From assembly GCA_950097015.1 (NCBI GenBank), contig CATNEN010000003.1, forward strand, positions 15,562,001-15,626,000: a DNA stretch of 64,000 bases, given 5' to 3'. The notes under the pieces were generated by a model. That model had not been told where the DNA came from and did not search any database. It saw only the letters and a program-made list of their open reading frames with translations. This document shows, one piece after another, positions 49,498 to 61,600 of this stretch. Every line of letters begins with the position of its first letter. Within the stretch, counting starts at the first letter, position 1. The position numbers were made by a program, and so were the translations under genes. Origin of the DNA: Macrostomum hystrix (Eukaryota; Animalia; Platyhelminthes).

Positions 49498-50605
49498 ATG
49501 GCTGCCGCAGATGCACAATTCGATCCTGACACAGGCAGTGAGACTTCTTGGGAAGAGAGTGATATGTTTACAGATGATGATGACGATCACCACGAAACTG
49601 AGTTCGTTCAAGACGAAGCGCAGCTTCTACCAGAAGCTGTTGAAACTGATGGGTGGGTTCACTGCGAGCCAGGCCATGACCAGAAGCCGGACCCAAATCC
49701 CGCGTTTTCGGGCACGCCAGATCCTGCCCCCGGCTTGGTGCTACCCAACAATGCGGATGACGATCCAGTGGCCTTTAGTCGAATGTTCGTCACTGCTGAG
49801 TTGCTGCAAAGCCTGTGCGAATGGACGAAAATGCATGGCGAAAATTCCAAGAACTGCAAGATGATCTGAATTTCTTTGCCATCGCGATTCTCGACATAGA
49901 AAGACGTCACCGCTAACGACATGGCAAAGTTTATCGTCATGTCACTATACATGGGAGTCATCAAGAAGCCGGAGGTGACCCACTACTGGTCAAAAATTGA
50001 GTTTTATGCAACACCACTCTTTCAACAACCTGTTTGCTTGCCCAGAGACAGGTATCAGCAAATCAGCAGTTTGCTTCGTTTCTACAATTGCAACATCTTT
50101 GACGCGTCGGACCCATGGCAAAGGTGAGGCCCTTCATCACCATCGTTTCTGAAATTTGTCGGCGTGTTTACATGCCTGGAAAGGAGCTCAGTGTAGACGA
50201 GGAGCTGCGCTCTTTAGAGGGCGCGCATTGTTTCGCCACTATATGCCTGCCAAGAAGGCGCGGTATGGAATAAAGATTTACTGCCTGTGCGAGGCGAGAA
50301 CAGGCTACGTTAGCAACTTTCTTGTGCATTCGAGCATGGCGGAGAACAGTTTGGACAAGATCTAGATTGCGATGGACTCTCACTGAGTCAAAGGGTGTTG
50401 GTTGAGTCATGTAGGTATGTTCTCGACGTTGGATACCATGTGTTCTGCGACAGCTGGTTCGGATCAGGTCGCCTTGCAGCCTACTTGTTGCAGTGTAGGA
50501 CCCTGCTTACGTGCACCGTGCGTGCAAACCGCGGATTCCCGGATGCACTAAAAGAATTGGCTGTGCCTGCTATGCGGAACGGCAACATCCTGGCCGTCAA
50601 GTTTT
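49498..50605 (+). pseudogene. Decayed piggyBac (PGBD4-like, DDE_Tnp_1_7) transposase
   Basis: Acidic N-terminus, YMGVIKKPEVTHYWS, PRDRYQQI..LLRF, LSVDEE, FRHYMPAKKARYGIKIYCLCEARTGY and HVFCDSWF; several frameshifts; 3' truncated. Confidence 0.9.
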
Positions 50606-50894
50606 ATAACTTTTATAACAGAACTTACTTTTTTGGCAGCGTTAGCTCTCAATACGAGTAATTGAAAATCGTAATGATTAACAAGAAAACTAACTCGAAT
50701 ACAGTTTTTAAATCAATCTTGAATGAGTAACTGTACCTGTTCATTTTATTGCTCTACCATCTCGTCTCGCCACTACAGTTATTGGTTCTAAAAATGAAAG
50801 TGTCTTCTTCACTACAAGATCTCTATTGCTATTTTATACTCGCACTTAGTCTTGCCAAAGTGGTCTAAAACAAGTCATCCTGAAAAATAAATGT

Positions 50895-51309
50895 GTGACC
50901 TGCTCCACAGGCCATATCCGCAAACTACAGCTGTGCAGTAAGCCAGCGCCACTGAGCAGCTATTTGAGCAGCGGGCCATAGATATACGGCCGTGACCTGC
51001 TCCACAGGCCATATCCGCAAACTACAGCTGTGCAGTAAGCCAGCGCCACTGAGCAGCTATTTGAGCAGCGGGCCATAGATATAGGGCCGTGACCTGCTCC
51101 ACAGGCCATATCCGCAAACTACAGCTGTGCAGTAAGCCAGCGCCACTGAGCAGCTATTTGAGCAGCGGGCCATAGATATAGGGCCGTGACCTGCTCCACA
51201 GGCCATATCCGCAAACTACAACTGTGCAGTAAGCCAGCGCCACTGAGCAGCTATTTGAGCAGCGGGCCATAGATATAGGGCCGTGACCTGCTCCACAGGC
51301 CATATCCGC
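50895..51309. repeat. 97-bp tandem repeat (~4.3 copies) abutting the putative piggyBac end
   Basis: Units start at 50895, 50992, 51089, 51186 and 51283. Confidence 0.95.
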
Positions 51310-51872
51310 TGTCCTAGGGTTAAGCATGACGAAAAGTTGATACTGAAATAAGTCAATTTGCTGATTCCATGTAAGCTTATATAATAACCAAAGCGATTCA
51401 TTTGCGCTGAAAGATGTGAAAGTAATCGACGGGACAACAAAGTGGAATATTATATACTCGGTGCACATCACAATAGAAGCAATAAAAATAACATCACCCA
51501 GCAGGAAGGCTTAAAATCATATCAAATAGGCACTTATAAAATTTAGGGCAAATGCTGACAGCAACAAACATAAAAAGGATTTAAGAGTAATGCAAATACT
51601 CACGGATATGGTATACAATGCGCTATAAAGAGATGCCCATACAGTTAGTATAAGAAGCAAAAATGATGCAAATATCTCACCTTGCCCTACCGAGACCAGA
51701 CAGCTTTGCTACCTTCCTTCCTGCTTCCTACAGACAGGTCTTTTGACAAATTCTTCATCATGCAGTTAAACAACTTCACCACACCTTTGTGAATATCGTG
51801 GCTGTTTGAGCAGAAAGTGCTTCCAAAAAGCACCTGGCGTGAAACCGTTTGTCTTCCTTAAAATGTATTTAT

Positions 51873-52440
51873 GCACAACTCAGTATAGCTAAAATAGGTA
51901 CAGCCACGAGCTTCAGCTAAAATGTAAATAATTTATTCAGCTTTCTAATGAAACATATTTTGAGAAAATCTGTTGCACGATACAAAGTTATTCTCCAAGG
52001 GGTGGATAAGAATTTCCTACCTGCCTAGAGTATTTTCAGGACAGCCAGTAAGCCCAAACTGGTGACAATCATGCTTTGTTGTTACCTTCCGCCCGTCAGC
52101 ATTGAAGACCTTGGAGGTCACACAGCATTTTTGTTTTGGGCTGCGTTCTTGCTTGCAGCCCAGTTGAGGCTCAGGCCTGGCCTGAACAAACGACCGCTGG
52201 TTAGGACAGGGAGCTCTGCATCTAGAAACTGGAGAGATTCCAACCCCCATTTTCCGGATCCCCATGGGCTGACTGGCTGTCCGAAATTCACATGGGCAGC
52301 TACGAATTTCTGATGCATCACTTAGAGAAAAGCACTGGGCAACAGACTCTCAAAGTGTCTGTTTCATTAGAAAGCAGATCGAATTCTGTACACTTCAGCT
52401 GAAGCTCGTGCGTCTACCTGTTTTAGCTACTGAGCTGTGC
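51873..52440. mobile_element. Old MITE-like palindrome (~180-bp imperfect arms); one-armed copy at 37731-38125
   Basis: 51873-52055 is an imperfect reverse complement of 52265-52440. Confidence 0.55.
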
Positions 52441-53256
52441 TTAAATAAAGCTTAGCGAAAAATGTCACTCAGCAGTGCACGACCTTGGAAAGTTGAGATG
52501 AGGAAACATTTTATGCATTGGCCAATTTTAGCGACATTTTGCATATTTGCATCAACGCCCATCGAGTAAACAAAAGGCTTTTCGAAATAGCGAAAAGAAA
52601 AAAGTTTTCTGCATTTTTACTTTGGAAGGAGAGAGAGAGAGTAAAATGTTGTGGAAACACATTTCCCAGAGGGAATTTCTTTAGAGGGTATCCATGGGAA
52701 GGTGACGAACTCATTTTAAAGGACCGCAATGCTCCCATAGAGGATGTCAGCCTTGATCTGTCCTACATTACTCAGCGGCTCACAGAGCACCAGACAGACC
52801 AGCAAAGTGGAACAGAAAATGCAGTGCTCAAAGAAGTCCAGCTACTTCACATCGCACGGAACACCCAAAACATCGCCAACTATTGGCGACAGGGAATTCA
52901 AGCTCCCAGCAGGCTAAAAGTGCAAGTGGCTCATCAGTATCCCGGTTATCAAGTTCAGGGAATCAAGTTTCAATCAGCTGAGGGGGCCCGTGTCCATCGT
53001 GTGCCTGAACCGGCAGTCATCGGGAGAAGAGTGCCTCGCGCCCGTCAGTCTGGGCTCCCACCCGGTTATCGGAAGCGCGTTCATCGCCGTGTCGCGAAGC
53101 CGAGTCTCTGGACGTCACGTGACCAGCGTGTTGCTCGAAGACGGGCTTTGGCATAGGATTGATGGGGCCCGGATGATTGCGGAGAAGGATCCAGCCAGAA
53201 GCTCAGAGTTCGACATCTTACTGGTTGCCTATCGCAGACTATGGACCACAACGGAC
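52040..53256 (+). pseudogene. Inverted, doubly deleted relic (copy 3) of the nuclease-helicase-USP gene
   Basis: ~52045-52687 is the reverse complement of 38125-37485; 52689-52972 matches 34763-34480 (YPWEGDEL...); 52975-53256 matches 29487-29206 ([14 protein letters not shown]...AYRR). Confidence 0.85.
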
Positions 53257-53469
53257 CCCCCTCTACTTCTCCTTCTCCCCTTATCTTACCCCGTCCCCTC
53301 CCACGAGAGCTACAGGCCTGCAGCACCGCGACCGGCACTCAGCTTGTAACCCGCGCAGCGGTTCAGTAATTGCTATTCTAAAGGGACTTATTTGTCTAGC
53401 TTGGGCGGCTTTTGTAGCGGGAGACGGGCTGGGGGATTCTAGCCTAATAAACTAACTTCTGCTATCCAA

Positions 53470-54370
53470 CTACACATTATTGGGCCAATTTAAGCACAAC
53501 TTAAATCTATCCTTTGTCCGCCTCTCTATTTATTTGCTAATAGACAGCCATCAGTTGTCAGCGGCTAACTCACTTGGGGTGGGCTCTGGCGATGCCGAGC
53601 TGAAGGCTGCGGCAGGAAGACGACTGTAAGCGCGTGCGAGAGTTAGTAAGGAGCTAGGGATTCGCGAGCAGATGCGGAGTGTAGCATGTGCATTTCTTTC
53701 CAGGGGGTTGGGGGAATCCTTGGCCGGTTTTCCTTCTCTCTCCTGGGTAGAGTGATGATCTAATAATCTTCCGCTTGCATAATCCCTCAGCCAGTTGTTC
53801 TGCATAATCTCTCCAGCCTCTGATATCCTCAGCTCACACAGATTCGGGATCGTTAGTTACCTAATGTGTAGGCTGCAGTCTAATGTATTGACTGTGTCTG
53901 ATGTGTTAATGAGTAAGATTCTGGCTACGGCTTCTCCTTCGAGTTCTTAGTACCACCTTTCTGGACCCCTGTAGCGCAAATGCAGGAATCCCCCTGTGAG
54001 GCGTTTCTCGATCCATTCTGGGGCACTGGGTGGTGGCGCTAACCTGGATCATCTATCCGCTTTGCCGATAGCCATTCCTCAGTTCTGTGGCAAGGGCCTA
54101 GACCGATTCGACCACCGCTACCAAAGCTAGGAGTCAGTTGCGCACCGCACTACTGACGACAGTAGGCTGCCCAGGCCCTGTCTTGCCTGATTCCGGGCAA
54201 TCCGAACGCTCCCTTAGACTTTTCACCGGTTTCGGGCATAGCTTGGGGTAGGCACGACAATTATGTCTGTGGCCTATGGGACGAGTGGGACTGGCTAGCC
54301 TGAGGCCAATAGGACCACTCCAAACCTCCACTGGACCCCTCCATCCTCTCCCCCATCTTCTGCCCCTCTC
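53470..54370 (-). mobile_element. Dispersed repeat, probably a non-LTR retrotransposon 3' fragment (copy A)
   Basis: Diverged inverted copy of 54960-56045; decayed H...H..CPxL-like C-terminal peptide followed by AATAAA. Confidence 0.45.
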
Positions 54371-54443
54371 CGAGTGGTAGTCCCGCGGGTAGCTAAGCGG
54401 GTAGGCAACCGACTCTACCGCCTATTCACAGCAACCCACATCA

Positions 54444-54800
54444 GACTACCCAATTCACTGACTACCCAATTCACTGACTACCCAATTCACTGACTACACA
54501 ATTCACTGACTACCCAATTCACTGACTACCCAATTCACTGACTACCCAATTCACTGACTACCCAATTCACTGACTACCCAATTCACTGACTACCCAATTC
54601 ACTGACTACCCAATTCACTGACTACCCAATTCACTGACTACCCAATTCACTGACTACCCAATTCACTGACTACCCAATTCACTGACTACCCAATTCACTG
54701 ACTACCCAATTCACTGACTACCCAATTCACTGACTACCCAATTCACTGACTACCCAATTCACTGACTACCCAATTCACTGACTACCCAATTCACTGAATT
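54444..54800. repeat. 16-bp satellite (ACTACCCAATTCACTG), near-perfect
   Basis: ~22 units. Confidence 0.95.
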
Positions 54801-54959
54801 CAAATGGTTAGTCATGGAGAAGATCATGCTGACATGGTTTGGGTGTTTTGCAACCGCTGACCTGCCCTCATGAGTGATGATTGCTAGAGGCGGGCGACAT
54901 AGTCGATTAAATATCCGCCTAGCAACTCACGAGATGTCGCGGAGAGAGAGAGGAGATGA

Positions 54960-56045
54960 AGGGAGAGATGAGGAGGTTCAGTAGATGCAGGGAGTGGTTC
55001 TATCAGCCTCAGGCTGGCCAGTCCCTCTCGTCCCATAGGCCACAGGCATGACTGCCGTGCCTACCCCAAGCAATGCTCTTTAGGCTAAAAGTCTAAAGAG
55101 AGAGGCTTCGGACTGTCCGGAATCGGACAGGACAGGGCTAGACAGCCTACTGTCGTCAGTAGTATGTGCGCAACTGACTCCTAACCTTGGTAGCGGTGGT
55201 TGAATCGGCCTAGGCTCTTGTCACAGAACTGCGGAAAGGCTATCGGCAAAGCGGATATATGATCGAGGGTAGCGCCACCACCCAATGCGCCTACGTCGCC
55301 ACCGCAGGCATTTGGAAACTTGGGTCCCCGGAGTACACAGCTCCTACTTTATCACGCAGATCTAGACAAGCCGAAAAATAGGGCATTCTGCAACTTCCGT
55401 TTTAGACTGGGGTGAGAGCCCCAGAATGGATCGAGACACGCCTCAAAAGGGGATCCCTGAATTCGCGCTACAGGGGTCTAGAAAGGTGGTACTAAGAACT
55501 TGAATGAGAAACCATAGCCAGAATCCTACTCATTAACACATCAGGCACAGTCAAAACATTAGACTGCAGCCTACACATTAGGTAACTAACAAATCTGAAT
55601 CTGTGTGAGTTGAGGAAATCAGAGGCTGGAGAGATTGAGCAGAACACTGGCTGAGTGATTACGCAAGCGAAAGATTATTAGATCATCACTCTCGCTCCCG
55701 TGGCCGCAGTTGCGAGAGGAGGGGGACAGAAGGGAAGCTCCATTGGCTAGGGAGCTTGGCACGTACCCCTTGACCCACCAGGAAGAGAGGGAAACTGGCC
55801 AAGGAATCCCCCACCCCCGGCAGAGACGCACGTGCTACACTCCGCATCTGCTCGCGAATCCCCAGCTCCTTATTACTTTTATGCGCGCTTACAGTTGTCT
55901 CCCCGCCGCAGCCTTCAGCTCGGCATCACCAGAGCCCACCCCTAGGAGATTAGCCACTCATAGCTGAGGGCTGTCTAGTAGAGAAAATAAACATAGAGGC
56001 GAACAAAAGGTGAAAGGATTTAAATTGTAATTAAAATTGGCCTAA
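54960..56045 (+). mobile_element. Same dispersed repeat (copy B), embedded in the 16-bp satellite
   Basis: Inverted homology to 53470-54370, with an extra ~135 bp at 55285-55420; flanked by the ACTACCCAATTCACTG array on both sides. Confidence 0.45.
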
Positions 56046-56078
56046 TGTAAAATTAAATGGCTAATGCTGAACGTTAAT

Positions 56079-56705
56079 GCTACCCAATTCACTGACTACC
56101 CAATTCACCAACTACCCAATTCACTGACTGCCCAATTCACCAAATACCCAGTTCACTGACTACCCAATTCACCAACTACCCAATTCACTGACTACCCAAT
56201 ACACCAACTACCCGATTCACTGACTACCCACCTCACTGACTACCCACCTCACTGACTACCCAATTCACTGACTACACAATTCACCAATTACCCAATACAC
56301 CAACTACCCGATTCACTGACTACCCACCTCACTGACTACCCAATTCACTGACTGCCCAATTCACCAAATACCCAGTTCACTGACTGCCCAATTCACCAAA
56401 TACCCAATTCACTGACTGCCCAATTCACCAAATACCCAATTCACTGACTGCCCAATTCACCAAATACCCAGTTCACTGACTACCCAATTCACTGACTACA
56501 CAATTCACCAATTACCCAGTTCACTGACTACCCAATTCACTGACTACACAATTCACCAATTACCCAATACACCAACTACCCGATTCACTGACTACCCACC
56601 TCACTGACTACCCACCTCACTGACTACCCACCTCACTGACTACCCAATTTACTGTCTTCATAATTCACCAACAAACCAATTATTTCACCAACCACCCAAT
56701 TCACC
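56079..56705. repeat. 16-bp satellite, degenerate
   Basis: Same family as 25130-25780. Confidence 0.92.
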
Positions 56706-57592
56706 AAATAGTTGCTAAGGGCAGCCATTTTCAGTTTGCAAGTTTACTGAGTAATTTCCTGTGTTGCAAAGCAAGTGCAGACATATATGCTCGTATAAAC
56801 ATGTTAGCCTGACTCTCTTGGTTTTTATGTGAACCTGATTTGATATGAAGCCGTCAAAGTTAAAGAAATAGTTTTTGTTTATTTCATACGAGCATTTTAG
56901 ACTTGCTGGAATTTTATCTAAAATAGTTCAAATGATTAATTTATGGCTTAGGCAGACTGATTTCGAGTTTTTACCAGATATACTACAACTCGGCCCTAGT
57001 AACGGTTACTAAGCGAATTGACTGAAGCAGCAATTCTTAGCTTCTGTGCAGTTTTCTAAGCAGAAAATTAATAGAAATCAAACAAGCTTTTTAGAGCTAT
57101 GAAATGGGCTTAAAAACTAAATTAAAATGTATCAATAAAAATTCTTTATTTTGCAATACAAATCACCTAAATTAACCAGTTAATTAAAACCATTTAACCA
57201 TTCTTAACAAACACTCATTTTGGAAAAAAATCCAAACTTTAAAAACGTGATTTTTTAAAGCGAAAAACCAGTCACAAAAGTAAATTCAAAACTTTGCACT
57301 GCAAATCATAAATATTTGAGGCAAAAAAATTGGTGCGAGAATTATAGCTAGGATAACAAGGAATCAAGTCCAAATCATTCACCTGTCTTCGTACATCAAA
57401 CGACTATTGACGTGTACAAAAAGTACTATTCATTGACTAATGATACTAAACGTACTAAAATGTTCTGGACTAATGACGCATAAACACTGGTTTAGTGATT
57501 TGGTGCGATAAAATAAGCGATACAGCATGGCTAAAATGTTGGATAAAAAATTGACACAGTGTCATAAAGGAAAAGTTTTATTACTGTTTTCA

Positions 57593-58205
57593 CAGGGCGT
57601 AGCCAGGGGGTAGCAGGGCAATGCGCCCTCCAATCAGCTGACGAACCTATGTGGCGCTCCCTGGTAGTGGTGCCCCTTGGTTGTGGTGCCCCCTGGTAGT
57701 GATGCCCCTTGGTTGTGGTGCCCCTTGGTTGTGGTGCCCCTTGGTTGTGGTGCCCCTTGGCTGTGGTGCCCCTTGGTTGTGGTGCCCCTTGGTTGTGGTG
57801 CCCCTTGGTAGTGGTGACCCTTGGTTGTGGTGCCCCTTGATAGTGATGCCCCTTGGTTGTGGTGCCCCTTGGCTGTGGTGCCCCTTGGTAGTGGGGCCCC
57901 CTAGGCTGTGGTGCCCCTTGGTTGTGGTGCCCCTTGGTTGTGGTGCCCCTTGGTAGTGGTGCCCCTTGATTGTGGTGCCCCTTGGTTGTGGTGCCCCTTG
58001 CTAGTGGTGCCCCTTGCTAGTGGTGCCCCTAATTGCTACTGGTGCCCCTTGCTAGTGGTGACCCTTGCTAGTGGTGCCACTGGCTAGTGGTGCACCTTGC
58101 TTGTGGTGCCCCTTGGTAGTGGTGCCCCTTGGTAGTGGTGCCCCCTTGGTAGTGTCGCCTTAGAGTCGCTACCCCCCTCTAGAAAAAATCCTGGCTGCGC
58201 CACTG
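57593..58205. mobile_element. Duplicated copy of the 26670 MITE with a longer internal array
   Basis: Same TIRs, TSD and flanks as 26670-27115. Confidence 0.8.
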
Positions 58206-58619
58206 TGTTCTCATTTAGCAAACTTGTAGCATGAGTTGTAAATAAATTATTGGAGTAATAAAGTGATCAGTTACTGGTAATTTGGTTTTCAAAGCTGTTT
58301 TTCAAAATTGGTTGCCAGGGTTTCCGGTTAGCAGCATCGGCATTGAGCAGAGCAACTCTAAAAGCACCTATAGCTAGTAACAGGTGATAGACCCATCTAT
58401 GGACAAGACGGTCGATTAATAGAAGTACTTATTGTCACTTTTGCCACCTCAAAAAGTCATCCCGCCAAATGATCAGGTTACTGAATATCCTGTCCCTTAT
58501 CTCACCTGCTAAATGAAACACTGGCAATCCAATTAAGAGAAAAGTTGCAATCAGAAAGGCAATAAAAATAGGAAAAATGGTCACACCTAGCGGTGTCGAT
58601 GCTGAAACTTGGCTCTCAC

Positions 58620-61600
58620 TCACACATTAGTTAAGTGTCCTGTGGTGTCACTTTTTTTCTGCAGCACAACCAGTACAATGTCATCTAATTCTTGGTCAGG
58701 ATTTTTCTTTTGTGCACCTGACTTCTGGTCATCGATGCAGTGCCATTCTTGGCTGAATTTTACATAGGCTACGTAGTGCCCTTCCTCCATTGATTCGCCC
58801 CTGTGGGACACGATGATGACTGGCTGGCCATAAGTTTGGTCTTCTTCAAGATTGACCTTGTTGAACAATTTTTCCATCTCTGCACCTCGCTCGAAGGCGA
58901 TAATGGTGAACTCGCCTTTAATAATTCCTTCTCGCTCATCGACTTTAGTCGACCAATCTCGAGATTTCTTTTCATTGGTACGGCGGTCAAACCATTGACC
59001 TTCCCCGAAGCTGGTGAGAACACCCTCGTTGAATTCCACAAGCTTGAGAAGCTCCTGGAGGAACTCGATGCAGTCGCACTGTTGCCCAACTGGAAAGAGG
59101 CTCGGCTGCCTCTGTCTCACGGCTGACAGCAGGCTGGAAACTGACTCCTGGCCTGACTGTTTCATTCTGTTCAAGAGAGGCAGCACTTCTGAGCCAAGTT
59201 GATCATCTTTGAGAAAGTCGTTTGGCTCTGCAGCCTTCTCTCGCATCCAGTAGAGCATCTGAGCGATGCAGTTTGCGTAGCCGACATTCTTGTGGTCCTT
59301 AGCCGACGTGTAAGCTCTGTCGTCATTGTTTCTCAGAATGCAGTAGTGAATTAGGGAGCCCGGAATGATTCGAAGGGTCTCTACGGAAGATTTCCTTATA
59401 CTGTCCGCTGTGGTCCTTAAACTGTCCGCTGTGGTCCATGGTCTGCGATAGGCAACCAGTAGGATGTCGAACTCTGAGCTTCTGGCTGGATCCTTGTCCG
59501 CAATCATCCGGGCCCCATCAATCCTGTGCCAGAGTCCGTCTTCGAGCAACACGCTGGTCACGTGACGTCCAGAGACTCGGCTCCGTGACTCGGCGATGAA
59601 TGCACTCCCCATAACCGGGTGGGAGCCCAGACTGACGGGCGCGAGGCACTTTTCTCCCGATGACTGCCGGTTCAGGCACACGATGGACACGGGCCCCCTC
59701 AGCTGCTGGCTGTCCACCTGAAGGCTCGCCAGGTTGATATCGGACCGTCTGGGCTTCTTCCTCGACTCGAGGAGCTCCCTCAAGTCGCACTCGATGATCA
59801 GGAATCTCTGAGCCAGTTCTGAAGGCATCTGCGAGATCAGATACAATGCGCACTCAACAGCTGTCAGCTCAGTGTCTAGCGGGATCTGGCCTTGGTCCTG
59901 CCTGCTGCGCAACACCTGCTGTACTTCGAGAGTCGATTCGAGCTTGGTCTTCGACTCATCCATGGCATCCAGCAGCTTGAGCAGCTTCTTTGACACCTCC
60001 GATTGTGCGAGGAATGAATCGGACTTTACTCTCATCCAGTAGAGCATCTGCACGATAGCGTTGACATAACCGGAGCATCCGAGATACTCAGCAAGAGGCG
60101 TCAGCCTTTTGGCGAGTTGATCGATTGTTTCCTTTGTTGCTTCAGTCGAACTGTGTTTAAAAACTTCGATAACAATATAGAATCCCTCGGCATTTGTGTA
60201 CGGATCTTCTTGTTTGACTTCACCATATAAAATGCGGTACCAGATGCCTGAATGCCGCACGAAGGTCGCGTACTGACCGTCCGTTGAGTTTCGACCCTTG
60301 TGGGACACGACGATTTCTGGTGAACCAAAATTATCGTTGTTGTTTTGTACACGGTCCCGATTTTTTCCATTACGATTACGTACTCTATCGCGGTAGAGAA
60401 CGCTAAACTCGCGTTTTTCAGTGCAGTTCTCATTACTGCATTCAGTAGTATTATTGCTACATTTGTTACATTTGTTTTCAACTATATTGACTGGTTTCAG
60501 TTGGAGAAAAGGCATACACTTACAATTATCTTGACTATGGTGTTCGAGGCACTTGTCGTGGAATGTGGTGACTGCTGGTTGCATTGACTTCTCTAAAATA
60601 AAGTTTAGAAAATCCAGCATTCCGTTAAGGTCCTTGTCGTGACACAATTGAGAGCCTCTTTCACAAGGCTCAGTTGCGTCTTTCAGGATTTTCATAAGAG
60701 AATCCAGCAGTTTTTTCATCGGATCAATCTCGGTTTGTTGTTGCTGACCTTTCTGAGCTGGTTTCTGACGGACACCTTGCTGAGCTGGTTGCTGCTGCTG
60801 ATTGTCACCTTGCTGAGCTGGTTTCTGGCTGTCACCTTGCTGAGCTGGTTGCTGCTGCTGATGGTCACCTTGCTGAGCTGGTTGCTGCTGCTGATGGTCA
60901 CCCTGCTGAGCTGGTTTCTGGCTGTCACCTTGCTCAGCTGATTTCTGGCTGTCACCTTGCTCAGCTGGTTGCTGCTGCTGATGGTCACCTTCCTGAGCTG
61001 GTTGCTGCTGCTGCTGCTGACGGTCACCTTGCTGAGCTGGTTGCTGTTGATTGTCACCTTGCTGAGCTGGTTGCTGCTGATGGTCACCTTGCTGAGCTGG
61101 TTGCTGCTGATGGTCACCTTGCTGAGCTGGTTGCTGCTGATGGTCACCTTGCTGAGCTGGTTGCTGCTGATGGTCACCTTGCTGAGCTGGTTGCTGCTGA
61201 TGGTCACCTTGCTGAGCTGGTTGCTGCTGATGGTCACCTTGCTGAGCTGGTTGCTGCTGATGGTCACCTTGCTGAGCTGGTTGCTGCTGATGGTCACCTT
61301 GCTGAGCTGGTTGCTGCTGATGGTCACCTTGCTGAGCTGGTTGCTGCTGCTGATGGTCACCTTGCTGAGCTGGTTGCTGCTGATTGTATTTTACGCCTTG
61401 ATGTGAATCCATGTGTTTTGTCGCATTATTATTTTTTTTCGAATTTATATTGTTCTGTAAATTTTTCAAGTCCTGAATCAGCGAGCTTGACTGTCCTGTT
61501 TCGTGTGTCTGAGCCTTCTGAAACACCACCAGATCGATCAGCAGCTTTGAGTCTGCTGCAGCCGTGAAGACTTGCTCAAAAGGGTCGGGTTCTTTGGCAG

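Larger units (their letters stand above)
49300..51323 (+). mobile_element. piggyBac-like element remnant with putative right end ...CCTAGGG|TTAA
   Basis: Transposase relic plus gtcctaggg-TTAA at 51311-51323; matching left TIR not found, so the left boundary is approximate. Confidence 0.55.

Noticed and set aside
50895-51309. CRISPR-like regular array
   Set aside because: Units are identical head-to-tail with no unique spacers, there are no cas genes, and the context is eukaryotic. The same applies to the other minisatellites.
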